Below the pieces are notes generated by a model that saw only the letters and a program-made list of their open reading frames with translations, ran no database searches and was not told where the DNA came from. The position numbers and the translations under genes were made by a program. Of a stretch of DNA of 64,000 nt, positions 21,301-30,200 are shown in pieces (the stretch's first letter is position 1; each line of letters opens with the position of its first letter). The DNA lies in contig JAFYZX010000005.1 of NCBI GenBank assembly GCA_017548505.1, forward strand, positions 385 to 64,384, written 5' to 3'. The stretch is from Bacteroidales bacterium (GTDB taxonomy: Bacteria; Bacteroidota; Bacteroidia; Bacteroidales; UBA932).

Positions 21301-21445
21301 CTTCACCCTGACCAACTACTCCGGTGTTGACGCTGTTGGTAACTCCAACAACGCATCTATGGGTGGTACCGGTGGTATAGGAATCGATGCCTGGGGTATC
21401 CCTACTCCTAGAAGTATGTCTATCGGTATCAACTTAACCTTCTAA
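18314..21445 (+). CDS. SusC/RagA-family TonB-dependent outer membrane transporter
   Basis: 1043 aa. Signal peptide, carboxypeptidase-regulatory-like start ([23 protein letters not shown]), plug motif [36 protein letters not shown], and a C-terminal aromatic residue (..INLTF). Confidence 0.95.
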   Translation: [1043 protein letters not shown]

Positions 21446-21456
21446 TCGAAAGGAAT

Positions 21457-23391
21457 ATGAAAAAGATATATACTATAATTCTCGTTGCAACTCTTGGATT
21501 CTTCTTCGCAGGTTGCGACCACTATCTGGACGTGAACAAGAACACTGACGCTCCGGATGAAGCAATGGTTGAGGATTACCACTATCTGGCAGGCGTGGAG
21601 GCTTGTCTCCAGGGTCTGTACTGGGATATTAGGGCTACAGGTCCTCTTTCCCAGATGATGGGTACTTCTTCCTACACCGGATATTGCAACAACTACTGGA
21701 CTCCTTCCGATTCCGGTGGAGAAATGTGGAGGGTTACATACTGGCTCCAGGGTAAAAACCTTGAGAACCTTATTAACTATGCAATTGAGCATGAGCACTG
21801 GACCATTGCCGGTATCGGCTACGCCCTCAAGGCTCACTCTTGGGATGTTACTTCCAAGGAGAATGTGGATATGCCTCTCCGCCAGGCTTACGAGCCGGGA
21901 AGACTCTCCCACGACTATGACTATCAGGATTTGATCTACGACTCAATCCAGACTTGGGCTCTCAGGGCTATCGAGTATCTCGAGATGCCTGACGCTACCC
22001 AGTATTCTTCCGACGCAAAGAGTGCCGACATTATTTGGGGCCTCAAGAGTGAAAGATGGATCAAGTTTGCTCACGGAGTTCTTTGCCGCAACATGATCTC
22101 ACTGGTAAGGAAGACCGATTTCATTTCCAAGTATGCTGATCAGGTTATCGAGCACGGTAAACTGGCTATGCAGACTCTGGATGATGACTGCATCCTTCCG
22201 GTTCCGGGAGACGGCGCAGACGCACAGTTCAGTGCCATGAACAATTTCTGGTGCCCTAGAAGAGGCAACCTGACCAACTCCTACTGGCAGAGCGACTTCA
22301 TCGTAAAGATAATGACAGGTACCGTTCCTCTGTATGATCACGCTACCGGAGACCTTATCCCGACATCAAGGGAAGACATCGACACAGACTACTATCCTTA
22401 TGAACTGAATCCTAACCAGATTATCTGCGATACCAACAAGACTGACGCCGGTCACTTTGACCCACGTGTTGCAGCCAAGTTGGCTACAAGAGATAACCGC
22501 ACATTCGAGGATATTACCGATGAGGCCAAGGTTAAGAGCTACAAGTACTACGGTGCTGAATTTACTAGCAATGTAGGATACCAGGGCTGGACTGTTCCAA
22601 GTTTCTGGGGACGTACAGCTGTTGGAAGTACTGTTTATGACGGTATCGGCCGCTGGCTCTACCGCGAGAATGCACCTTACATCATTATGACTGCTGCCGA
22701 GATCAACTTTGAGATGGCAGAGGCTTACTGGTACAAGGGTGACAAGGCTAACGCACTGGCTTGCTGGAAGAAGGGTATTGAACTCGATATCCAGATGACC
22801 AGAAAGTACATCTATCCTGGAAAACCTATGAAGAACGACAAGGGAGAATTCGTTAATGACGGAGAACTCCCTGGAGGAGACAAGATAGCGCTTGCAGTTT
22901 ACGATAAGCTGGCCACAGAGTATCTCGCAGGTCCTTATGTAGCAGGCATCACCGCTTCTACCCTTACCCTGTCTCACATTATGATGCAGAAATATGTGCA
23001 TCTGTTCCCTTGGGGAGCTTACGAGGCTTGGGTTGACCTCCGCAAGTACCACTATGATATTGAATTCTCCGGAGACTATCCTTCCAACGGAAACGGTTGG
23101 TCAAACGAGAGAGTCAACCAGAAGTGGGATGAGGACGCAACGAAGGTTTACAAGGGATTCTACCTTAAGGCTGCAAACGTTCAACGCAGAAAGAGTGCAT
23201 ACAACATTAAGAACAATGGTTCTCCTGCTTACCGCAATACTCCTCGATACAACTCAGAGTATATGTGGAATCTTCCTGCATTGAAGGCTCTGAAGCCTAT
23301 CCCTGGCGCAGACGAGAATGGCGATTACCAGAATTACCATATCTCCATGCCGTGGTTCGTTTACCCTGGAGATTATCCAGAATCACTTTAA
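21457..23391 (+). CDS. SusD/RagB-family nutrient-binding lipoprotein
   Basis: 644 aa. Lipobox FFFAGCDHYLDVN, the typical SusD N-terminus, lies 11 nt after the SusC gene. TPR-like helical content, e.g. AEINFEMAEAYWYKGD. Confidence 0.9.
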   Translation: MKKIYTIILVATLGFFFAGCDHYLDVNKNTDAPDEAMVEDYHYLAGVEACLQGLYWDIRATGPLSQMMGTSSYTGYCNNYWTPSDSGGEMWRVTYWLQGKNLENLINYAIEHEHWTIAGIGYALKAHSWDVTSKENVDMPLRQAYEPGRLSHDYDYQDLIYDSIQTWALRAIEYLEMPDATQYSSDAKSADIIWGLKSERWIKFAHGVLCRNMISLVRKTDFISKYADQVIEHGKLAMQTLDDDCILPVPGDGADAQFSAMNNFWCPRRGNLTNSYWQSDFIVKIMTGTVPLYDHATGDLIPTSREDIDTDYYPYELNPNQIICDTNKTDAGHFDPRVAAKLATRDNRTFEDITDEAKVKSYKYYGAEFTSNVGYQGWTVPSFWGRTAVGSTVYDGIGRWLYRENAPYIIMTAAEINFEMAEAYWYKGDKANALACWKKGIELDIQMTRKYIYPGKPMKNDKGEFVNDGELPGGDKIALAVYDKLATEYLAGPYVAGITASTLTLSHIMMQKYVHLFPWGAYEAWVDLRKYHYDIEFSGDYPSNGNGWSNERVNQKWDEDATKVYKGFYLKAANVQRRKSAYNIKNNGSPAYRNTPRYNSEYMWNLPALKALKPIPGADENGDYQNYHISMPWFVYPGDYPESL

Positions 23392-23404
23392 TACACAGTA
23401 GAAT

Positions 23405-24286
23405 ATGAAAAAGATATTTTTATCAATACTGGCAATTGCAGCTGTCATCTCCCTGTCTTCCTGCGAGAAGCACAAGATGCACTTCGACGTAACCGAACTT
23501 CCGGATGATATAGCAGAATTCCAGCTGCACTATATGGAGGCTATCAACAACGTGGCAGCAAACAACTTTGACTCTACGTTTGTAAACGGACAGCTTTATT
23601 CCAACGCCGGCGGTTCCGGTATCCTCTATCCTTACAACGGAATTCCTTCCGGTGGCGCTGGAGGAAGATTCTTTGCAGCCAAGGTGGGCTCTAACCACTT
23701 CCAGCTTTACAGGGGTGCGGATATAGCTTATGACATGAATGTTACCCTTAAGAAGGGCAAGCAGAATGTCATAATCTATGACCTGACACAGGAGCCTATC
23801 ATCATCGATAACCCTGCCCCTTACTGGGCTGACAGGCAGATTACCGGTTCTAACTGGAACACCGACCAGGTATTCCAGGTGCAGTTTGTTAACCTCCTCT
23901 TCTCCAGACCTGGAACCCCTTACGCAGGAACTCTCCAGTATCAGTACAAGAGGGCAGGTAACATCCTGGATCCTATCACCGGCGAGGTTATAGGTCCTGA
24001 GCCTGAAGAATGGTACAACATGGGAGAACCTGTTGCATTCGGAGAAACCACCGGATTCCAGATTCTTGAGATGCACAAGCAGACCTTCAACTCTTCAGGT
24101 AGCCAGAGGTTCGACTACAGAATCCTCACCGAGACCGGTGAAGAGCTGATGAAGTGGAACGGCAGCAAGTATGTGAAATACACTGACTACTGGACAGCTT
24201 ACATCGGAAGAGTTTACACTCACTTCTTCCGCGGCAACCTGGACACTTCCCCAGTCTGCAACGTTTCACAGTGGGCTAATATGTAG
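23405..24286 (+). CDS. PUL-associated surface lipoprotein, unknown function
   Basis: 293 aa with lipobox ISLSSCEKH, 13 nt after susD. No recognisable catalytic motif. Confidence 0.6.
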   Translation: MKKIFLSILAIAAVISLSSCEKHKMHFDVTELPDDIAEFQLHYMEAINNVAANNFDSTFVNGQLYSNAGGSGILYPYNGIPSGGAGGRFFAAKVGSNHFQLYRGADIAYDMNVTLKKGKQNVIIYDLTQEPIIIDNPAPYWADRQITGSNWNTDQVFQVQFVNLLFSRPGTPYAGTLQYQYKRAGNILDPITGEVIGPEPEEWYNMGEPVAFGETTGFQILEMHKQTFNSSGSQRFDYRILTETGEELMKWNGSKYVKYTDYWTAYIGRVYTHFFRGNLDTSPVCNVSQWANM

Positions 24287-24294
24287 TATGACTT

Positions 24295-24334
24295 GTTACA
24301 GCAGAGCCTGAGAGGGCACTGCTGTAACTTTTTA
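24295..24334 (+). terminator. rho-independent terminator after the SusC/D locus
   Basis: GTTACAGCAG-14 nt-CTGCTGTAAC followed by TTTTTAT. Confidence 0.8.
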
Positions 24335-24347
24335 TACAGGTTCAGTT

Positions 24348-24410
24348 GGAACTGTCTTGAGAGGCACTTATAATATTGGAACAATATTTGATAGTCCTTA
24401 AGACAGTTCC
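24348..24410. repeat. long hairpin with inner palindrome upstream of the 24448 gene
   Basis: GGAACTGTCTT (24348-24358) pairs with AAGACAGTTCC (24400-24410). The loop contains the palindrome AATATTGGAACAATATT (24372-24388). Confidence 0.75.
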
Positions 24411-24447
24411 GATTGTTATCGAATGTTTAACTTAAACGAAAATTGAA

Positions 24448-24963
24448 ATGAAAAGATTTTTGATTCTTGCAGCAGCACTGATGATGGTGATTCCGTCATT
24501 TGCCCAGAAACTCTCCAAGGAGGAGAAGGCAGCTCAGCAGAAAGCTCTCTACGAGACTATGATCAAGGCTCTCGAGGAGAACGACTGGGCTATCGTGCCT
24601 ACTTCCTACATCGATGGTGACGGCGTGGACAACCAGCTTACAGACAACAGCATATTCATCTCTTACGAGAAGACAAACATGTTTATGCAGGGTGCCAGGG
24701 TATGCGGAAATGGCTACACCAACATCGCTGAGGTTAAAGATGTGGAGATGAACAAGGACAAGAAGGGAAACCTCAAGAACGTTATCATCAGGGTTCAGGG
24801 AAGACATATCCAGGGGACCTACAAGATTACCCTGCCTAAGGTAGATAACGGAAACGTTGTGGACGTTATTTTCACTCCGTCTTCCGGCACTGCCCGCAAG
24901 TTCCAGGGTCCGCTTGTTCCTTCAAAGGTTGCAGGTTTCTACAAGAAATCAAATCCGGAGTAA
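24448..24963 (+). CDS. small secreted protein, unknown function (possibly DUF4251-like)
   Basis: 171 aa, signal peptide MKRFLILAAALMMVIPSFAQ. The family assignment is from memory only. Followed by a strong terminator. Confidence 0.55.
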   Translation: MKRFLILAAALMMVIPSFAQKLSKEEKAAQQKALYETMIKALEENDWAIVPTSYIDGDGVDNQLTDNSIFISYEKTNMFMQGARVCGNGYTNIAEVKDVEMNKDKKGNLKNVIIRVQGRHIQGTYKITLPKVDNGNVVDVIFTPSSGTARKFQGPLVPSKVAGFYKKSNPE

Positions 24964-24986
24964 GAGGAACTATACGGTTCTTTGAA

Positions 24987-25027
24987 AAAGGGGATGATCA
25001 AGTTTTTGGTCATCCCTTTTGTTTTTT
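24987..25027 (+). terminator. rho-independent terminator after the 24448 gene
   Basis: AAAGGGGATGATCA-AGTTTT-TGGTCATCCCCTTT (14-bp stem with one G-T pair) followed by GTTTTTT. Confidence 0.85.
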
Positions 25028-25071
25028 CTAACTTTATATCGCGATATGAATAATTGTTAAAACCTTATAAT

Positions 25072-26463
25072 ATGTTTCCAAAGAAAGTTTATCAGACAAG
25101 GCGACAGATTCTGGCCAAGGATCTGGAGAGCGGAATAATTCTTATTCCGGGCAACAGCGAGGCTCCTGCAAACTACAGGGACAACTGCTACAAGTTCCGT
25201 CAGGACAGCACTTTCCTTTATTTCTTCGGTATAGCCGACCCTGATTTTGCCGGCGTGATCGACGTGGACAAGCACCAGGAAATCATTTTCGGCAACGATG
25301 TCTCGATAGATGACATTATCTGGATGGGGCCGCAGAAGAGTGTGGCGGACAAGGCCGCAAGAGTGGGGGTTGAAAAGACAAAGAAACTCTCGGATCTTCC
25401 AAAGTATATCAAGGCTGCAATCAAGGCAGGCAGGAAGATCCACTTTATAAACCCTTACAGGTATCAGGTAAAGCTTTGGCTCAGCGATATGCTTGGCGTT
25501 CCTGTTTCCGCTCTCGAGAAGAATCAGTCTGTGGACCTTATAAAAGCTATCGTATCGCAGAGAATAGTTAAGGACAAGTATGAGATTGCCGAGATTGACC
25601 ATGCTTGTGATATAGGCTATGCGATGCATTACTTTGTCATGCAGAACTGCAAGCCTGGAATGAGCGAGCAGACTTTGGCCGGAATGATGGATGGCATTGC
25701 AATGAGCAACGGCTCAATGGTTTCCTTTGCAACTATCCTCTCCCAGCACGGCGAGACTCTCCATAACCACGACCATAGCGGCATAATTACCCCGGGGAAT
25801 CTCCTTACGGTAGATGCCGGTGCTGAGAACAACAACAATTACTGCTCAGACTTTACCCGTACAATGCCTTGCAGCGGCAAGTTCACCACCAAGCAGAAGG
25901 AAATCTACCAGATTGTCTGCGATGCCAATAATCTTGCCCTGAAACTTGCAAAGCCTGGTGTTGCATACTTTGATGTCCATGTAGCCGTTTACAGGCTGTT
26001 TGCAGAGCGTCTGAAGGCTCTTGGACTGATGAAGGGAGATGTTGACGAGGCGGTGGAAGCAGGCGCTCCTGCCCTGTTCATGCCTCACGGCCTGGGCCAC
26101 AATATGGGTCTGGATGTTCACGATATGGAGAACTACGGAGAAGACTACGTTGGCTATGGCAGTGCCGCAAAGCGCAGCAAGAAGTTTGGCTACGGAAGTC
26201 TCCGCATGGCCCGCAAACTCGTTGAGGGTAACGTGATTACAGACGAGCCTGGCATCTACTTCATCCCTGCTCTTATCGAGAAATGGAAGAGGGAGAAGAT
26301 CAACGCACAGTTCATCAACTTTGCCAAGCTGAAGGATTACTATGACTTTGGCGGCATCCGTCTGGAGGATGACGTGCTGATTACCAAGACCGGCAACCGC
26401 CTGCTTGGTTCAAAGAGACTTCCAATCACAGTAAAGGAAGTTGAGGCAGCAATGAAGGGCTAA
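25072..26463 (+). CDS. pepP: Xaa-Pro aminopeptidase (M24B)
   Basis: M24 metal-ligand motifs: DAGAE..YCSDFTR, HGLGHNMGLDVHD, EPGIY, IRLEDD. Start set to the first ATG (MFPKKVY); the track ORF begins at a TTG 18 nt upstream. Confidence 0.9.
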   Translation: MFPKKVYQTRRQILAKDLESGIILIPGNSEAPANYRDNCYKFRQDSTFLYFFGIADPDFAGVIDVDKHQEIIFGNDVSIDDIIWMGPQKSVADKAARVGVEKTKKLSDLPKYIKAAIKAGRKIHFINPYRYQVKLWLSDMLGVPVSALEKNQSVDLIKAIVSQRIVKDKYEIAEIDHACDIGYAMHYFVMQNCKPGMSEQTLAGMMDGIAMSNGSMVSFATILSQHGETLHNHDHSGIITPGNLLTVDAGAENNNNYCSDFTRTMPCSGKFTTKQKEIYQIVCDANNLALKLAKPGVAYFDVHVAVYRLFAERLKALGLMKGDVDEAVEAGAPALFMPHGLGHNMGLDVHDMENYGEDYVGYGSAAKRSKKFGYGSLRMARKLVEGNVITDEPGIYFIPALIEKWKREKINAQFINFAKLKDYYDFGGIRLEDDVLITKTGNRLLGSKRLPITVKEVEAAMKG

Positions 26464-26467
26464 AGCA

Positions 26468-27277
26468 TTACTTAAGTTTCCTGAAATCTGCGGCAGGTTC
26501 TTGTATTTGGATCAAGGAATCTGCCGCAGGCTTTTTTAACAGGAATGTACGGGATTCCTTATTCAAAGTGTCTGAGATTATCAGTTTTTCAGCCACGTCA
26601 TATCTTGAGGGGCCGTGTCCGAAAATGAAAGTATAAGTTCCACTTCCATTACCCGCTTCTGCAAAATGCCAGGAGACAGTCTTTCCGTCTCCGTTGAAAA
26701 ACAGGGTGTCTGCCCCGCTTGCGAAAACTCCTGAAAGCGGCTCGGGTTCAGGGGTTCCCGGATCCGGTGGCAGGTTGATGTTCTTGCAGCCTTCCAGTAG
26801 AGAAGCCAGAAAGTACAGAATCATAAGCACCAGAAGGATGATAATCAGCCAGCTGAAAAAGCCTCTCTTCTTTTTCTGAGGAGCGGCAGCTTGCTGGTAT
26901 TTTGGCTGCTGCGCCTGCTGATAATTCTGCCGTGGTGGTTGCTGATAGCTTTGCTGTTGCTGGTAATTCTGCCGCGGTGGCTGCTGATATTGTGTTCCGG
27001 TTGCGGAAGCTTCTGGTTTCGGCTTAGGATTTTCCCAGGATGAAAGCACCACTTCTCCGGCGGTTTTTGATGCTCCCAAAAACTCTTCCTGATTACCCTC
27101 AAGGGTATTGGTTTGAGGGCTCTGGCGGACTGTCTGTTTGGGAGCGGCCGGTTTCTTGGGCTTTGCCGGAGCCGGCTTGCTGGCCGGTGCCTTTGCAAGT
27201 TCCTGTTTTGTTCCGCAGACAGAACAGAATTTGGCGTCATCGCTGAGCTGTGTTCCGCAATTTGTGCAGTATTTCAT
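26468..27277 (-). CDS. zinc-ribbon membrane protein with Pro/Lys- and Gln-rich linker, unknown function
   Basis: 269 aa. N-terminal CxxC..CxxC ribbon MKYCTNCGTQLSDDAKFCSVCGT, a PAPAKPKKPAAPK stretch, and the 14-aa repeat QQPPRQNYQQ.Q.Y twice. One TM (FFSWLIIILLVLMILYFLASLL) and a ~100-aa C-terminal domain. Last gene of the operon, 3 nt after the giant gene. Confidence 0.75.
   Translation of the reverse strand: MKYCTNCGTQLSDDAKFCSVCGTKQELAKAPASKPAPAKPKKPAAPKQTVRQSPQTNTLEGNQEEFLGASKTAGEVVLSSWENPKPKPEASATGTQYQQPPRQNYQQQQSYQQPPRQNYQQAQQPKYQQAAAPQKKKRGFFSWLIIILLVLMILYFLASLLEGCKNINLPPDPGTPEPEPLSGVFASGADTLFFNGDGKTVSWHFAEAGNGSGTYTFIFGHGPSRYDVAEKLIISDTLNKESRTFLLKKPAADSLIQIQEPAADFRKLK
26488..26537 (+). 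terminator. probable pepP terminator embedded in the 3' coding end of the convergent zinc-ribbon gene
   Basis: CTGCGGCAG...CTGCCGCAG (9-bp stem, 24-nt loop) followed by GCTTTTTT, 25-75 nt after the pepP stop. Confidence 0.6.
26922..26989. repeat. 42-nt in-frame tandem repeat inside the zinc-ribbon gene
   Basis: TAATTCTGCCGTGGTGGTTGCTGATA (26922-26947) and TAATTCTGCCGCGGTGGCTGCTGATA (26964-26989). They encode the duplicated QQPPRQNYQQ unit on the minus strand. Confidence 0.85.
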
Positions 27278-27280
27278 GGC

Positions 27281-30200
27281 TTATAGGTATTCGTTTATTT
27301 CTTTTATTACTCCGGCACATTCTTCCACAACCTGCTCGATTGTGCAGCCGTACTGGTCCTGAAGGACGAGCCTTGCCTCTTCCAGCGTGGTAGGGAGGAT
27401 GTCTTTTGGAGGAGGGTTGCCAATGGATTCGAGGATACGGATTTTCTCGTACAGAATGCTGTAATCCTTGCCCACTCCCTTTGCATTGAGAGCTGTGATT
27501 CTTGGGTCAAGTATGCGCTTGAACTGCTTTACATTCTGGCGGATACCCTCTTCTATAAGAGCGTCTCCATAGCCGCGCACATGCATAGCCTCTTCTATCA
27601 TTCCCATATCGTAGAGTTGCTGGGCCTGATTCTGGCAATTCTTGCCCTGGCTAATCCATTCCTTGCACTTGTACTCGAAGGTGTTGGCAACCCTTTCAGG
27701 ATCGTAAAGTTTATTGGTCTGGAATTCTTTCTTGATGATATTCTGGAGGTCTTTTCCGTATGATTCCTTTCCGAGTTCTCCGTGGACGGTTGCCTGGTCG
27801 AACTTCTTCAATGTCTTGATTGCCTGCTGCTTGTCTGCCGGCATGTATCCGTAATGGTACTCGTTGAAGGCCTCGGCGTATGCTTCTTCCATTAGATCTT
27901 CCTGGATATCAACCCACTTGCCGTCCTTGCCCCTTACCTGGAAGGTTACATCCCTGTCTGCACCGATCTTCTTTCCAAGATAGAGATCGTCACCGGCATT
28001 TCCGGTTGCTCCCTTGAAAGGCTGTATGTCTTTTTCGGGAACTCCGAGTTTCTTGGCCAGTTTCTTAATGGTCATAGGATCCACCTCGTCATATATCTTC
28101 TGCATCTGGGCGTTGTAGTTTGCCCTTAGCAAATCGGACGGGCTGTTACGCAGTAGGTTCTGGGCGTTCTTGTTGCCCTGGAGAGCAAGAGTTGCGCGCC
28201 TGACTTCTTCTGGAGTGGCGTTAGGATTGTTCATCACCTTCTTGAAGTCGTCATATATCTTCTGCGCATCCTTACGGGCAACCTTTGAACATTCCTCAGC
28301 GAACTTGGACTCTTTTGTAAAGATGGCGTCTCCCTTCATCCTGGTCTTGCGGATAGCGTCGTTGGCACCGGCAATTGAAGATTTCCTGGTCTTGCCCGCT
28401 TTCTTTCCGGCATCCGTTATCTTGTCAGCTATCTTCTTGGTACTGAAGCTGCTGCTGTTGGCTATCTTTTTAGTAGCATCCTTGCCTTCCTTTGCCTTGG
28501 TGACGTAATCCTTGATTTTTTTATAGCCTTCCTTGAGCTTTCCCCATCCTTCTTTTGCCTTGGCAACAGCTTTGGCTTCCACCTGCTGCCCGACCTGGGT
28601 TCCCCTGGCCCATTTGAGTGCCTTTCCTCCCACATAAAAGACTCCTTCCCAGAAGAACACTTCCACACTGGCAACCACAAAGCCCTTGAAGGCGCTGTCT
28701 CCGCCCTTGTCTACATATTCCTTCATCTTTACGACTCCACTGTACGGCATGAGCACAAGTTCGGAGGCTCCTGCAGTAAAGTAGGCCAGGGCGATTCTCA
28801 GTCCGATAACCGGAATGGACTTTTCCATAGAGGCGAAGGTTGCAACAAAGGCGTTGAAGTTCTCGTCCGCTTCTGTCCACTCCGGAGTCCAGGCTGCATC
28901 ATTCACAAAGTAATACCCGATCTGGCCGGAACAGTACTTGTCAAAGACATTCTTTATCTTTTTGTAGTCAGGCTCATAGACACCGAACCGGCTGTCGTAT
29001 CCTTCTATGAGGGCGTGTACCTTATAATAGAAAGGCATCAGGTATGAGAATCTTGGGTCAAAGCCTATCTTTGAGCGGATGTCTATAAGCTGGTTGAGCT
29101 TTTTCTCGTCGTCCTTGAGAGCCAGGTTATACTCCCTGTTGTCTGCGATGTCGCGGAACGGCTGGGATATGATCATCACTTCGTCGGTGTCTTCATATTC
29201 CTTTCCGTTGTAAGTAACCTTGAGGGTAACCTTTGCCTTTGCCCTGTTAGGAGGCAGAAGTCCTCCGCCTCCGGAATGAATCAGACCCACAACGGTATTG
29301 TCCGAACGCACTTCCTTGCACACAAACTTGAAGTTCATCAAAGCGCAAGGATTTGGAACGTCATTCCCGTACTTGTCTCTGAAGAGAACATTTCCTTCAG
29401 GCATATCTTCGAAGGTGAAAACAGGCTCTGCATCAGGCAGTACGCTTCTGATATCACCTGTCTTTTTATCCTCGGCGATGAGCTTGAAAGTTACCTTGCT
29501 TTCTCCCCATTTCTTTCTTGCCTTAGGGTTGGTGGCAAGGATTTCATTCTCCAGGGTGCTGTCATAATCAACAAGGTATGCTTTAAGGGCCCGGATGTCC
29601 ATGTGGACGCCAAGATTCATCCTGTAAAGGTCGAACGTTGTTTTCAGAGGTTCTTTGCGTCCTTCCAGATTTACAGTCACGTAGCAAGTATAACGTTCAG
29701 CATCTCCTGCAATGGCGTTCTCCTTTTCCTTTTCCGTAATCTTTCCGCATTCCGTAACGTTTATCCGGAATTTAACGGGAATCTTCTCGTCCTGTAAAGT
29801 TTCTGCGCTGAAAAATTTTGCTCCGCCCTTGTCCATAGAAACATCAACGCCCAGCACTTCCGTGGTGCAGTTGTTGATTCCAAACTCCATGAACAGGGTC
29901 TTTCCGCCTCCAGCTTCAAATGTAAGCGCCTCTCCGATCACTATTTCCGGGCAGGCCACAACTTTGAAGACCACGTGGTTAATTAGTGTTCCGGCATGTC
30001 CGTTGAAGACAAATCTTACCTTGGCCTTGCCTTCTTCTCCCTCAGGAGGGGCATTTTTTGCCACAACGTTGCAGCTCATATATTTGCCCACCATCCGGGA
30101 ATCGCTGATGGAACAATTCTCCTCTTCAAAAATTGAAATCTGGGCTGAGAGGTCCGGCCTGTTTATCTTCTCTCCGTAAACGTTTATTTCTTCGATTCGG

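Noticed and set aside
28388-28411. Walker-A-like AGKKAGKT in the giant protein
   Set aside because: It formally fits [AG]x4GK[ST], but it lies inside a Lys-rich low-complexity stretch. There is no flanking beta-strand/helix context and no Walker B candidate. It is most likely fortuitous.
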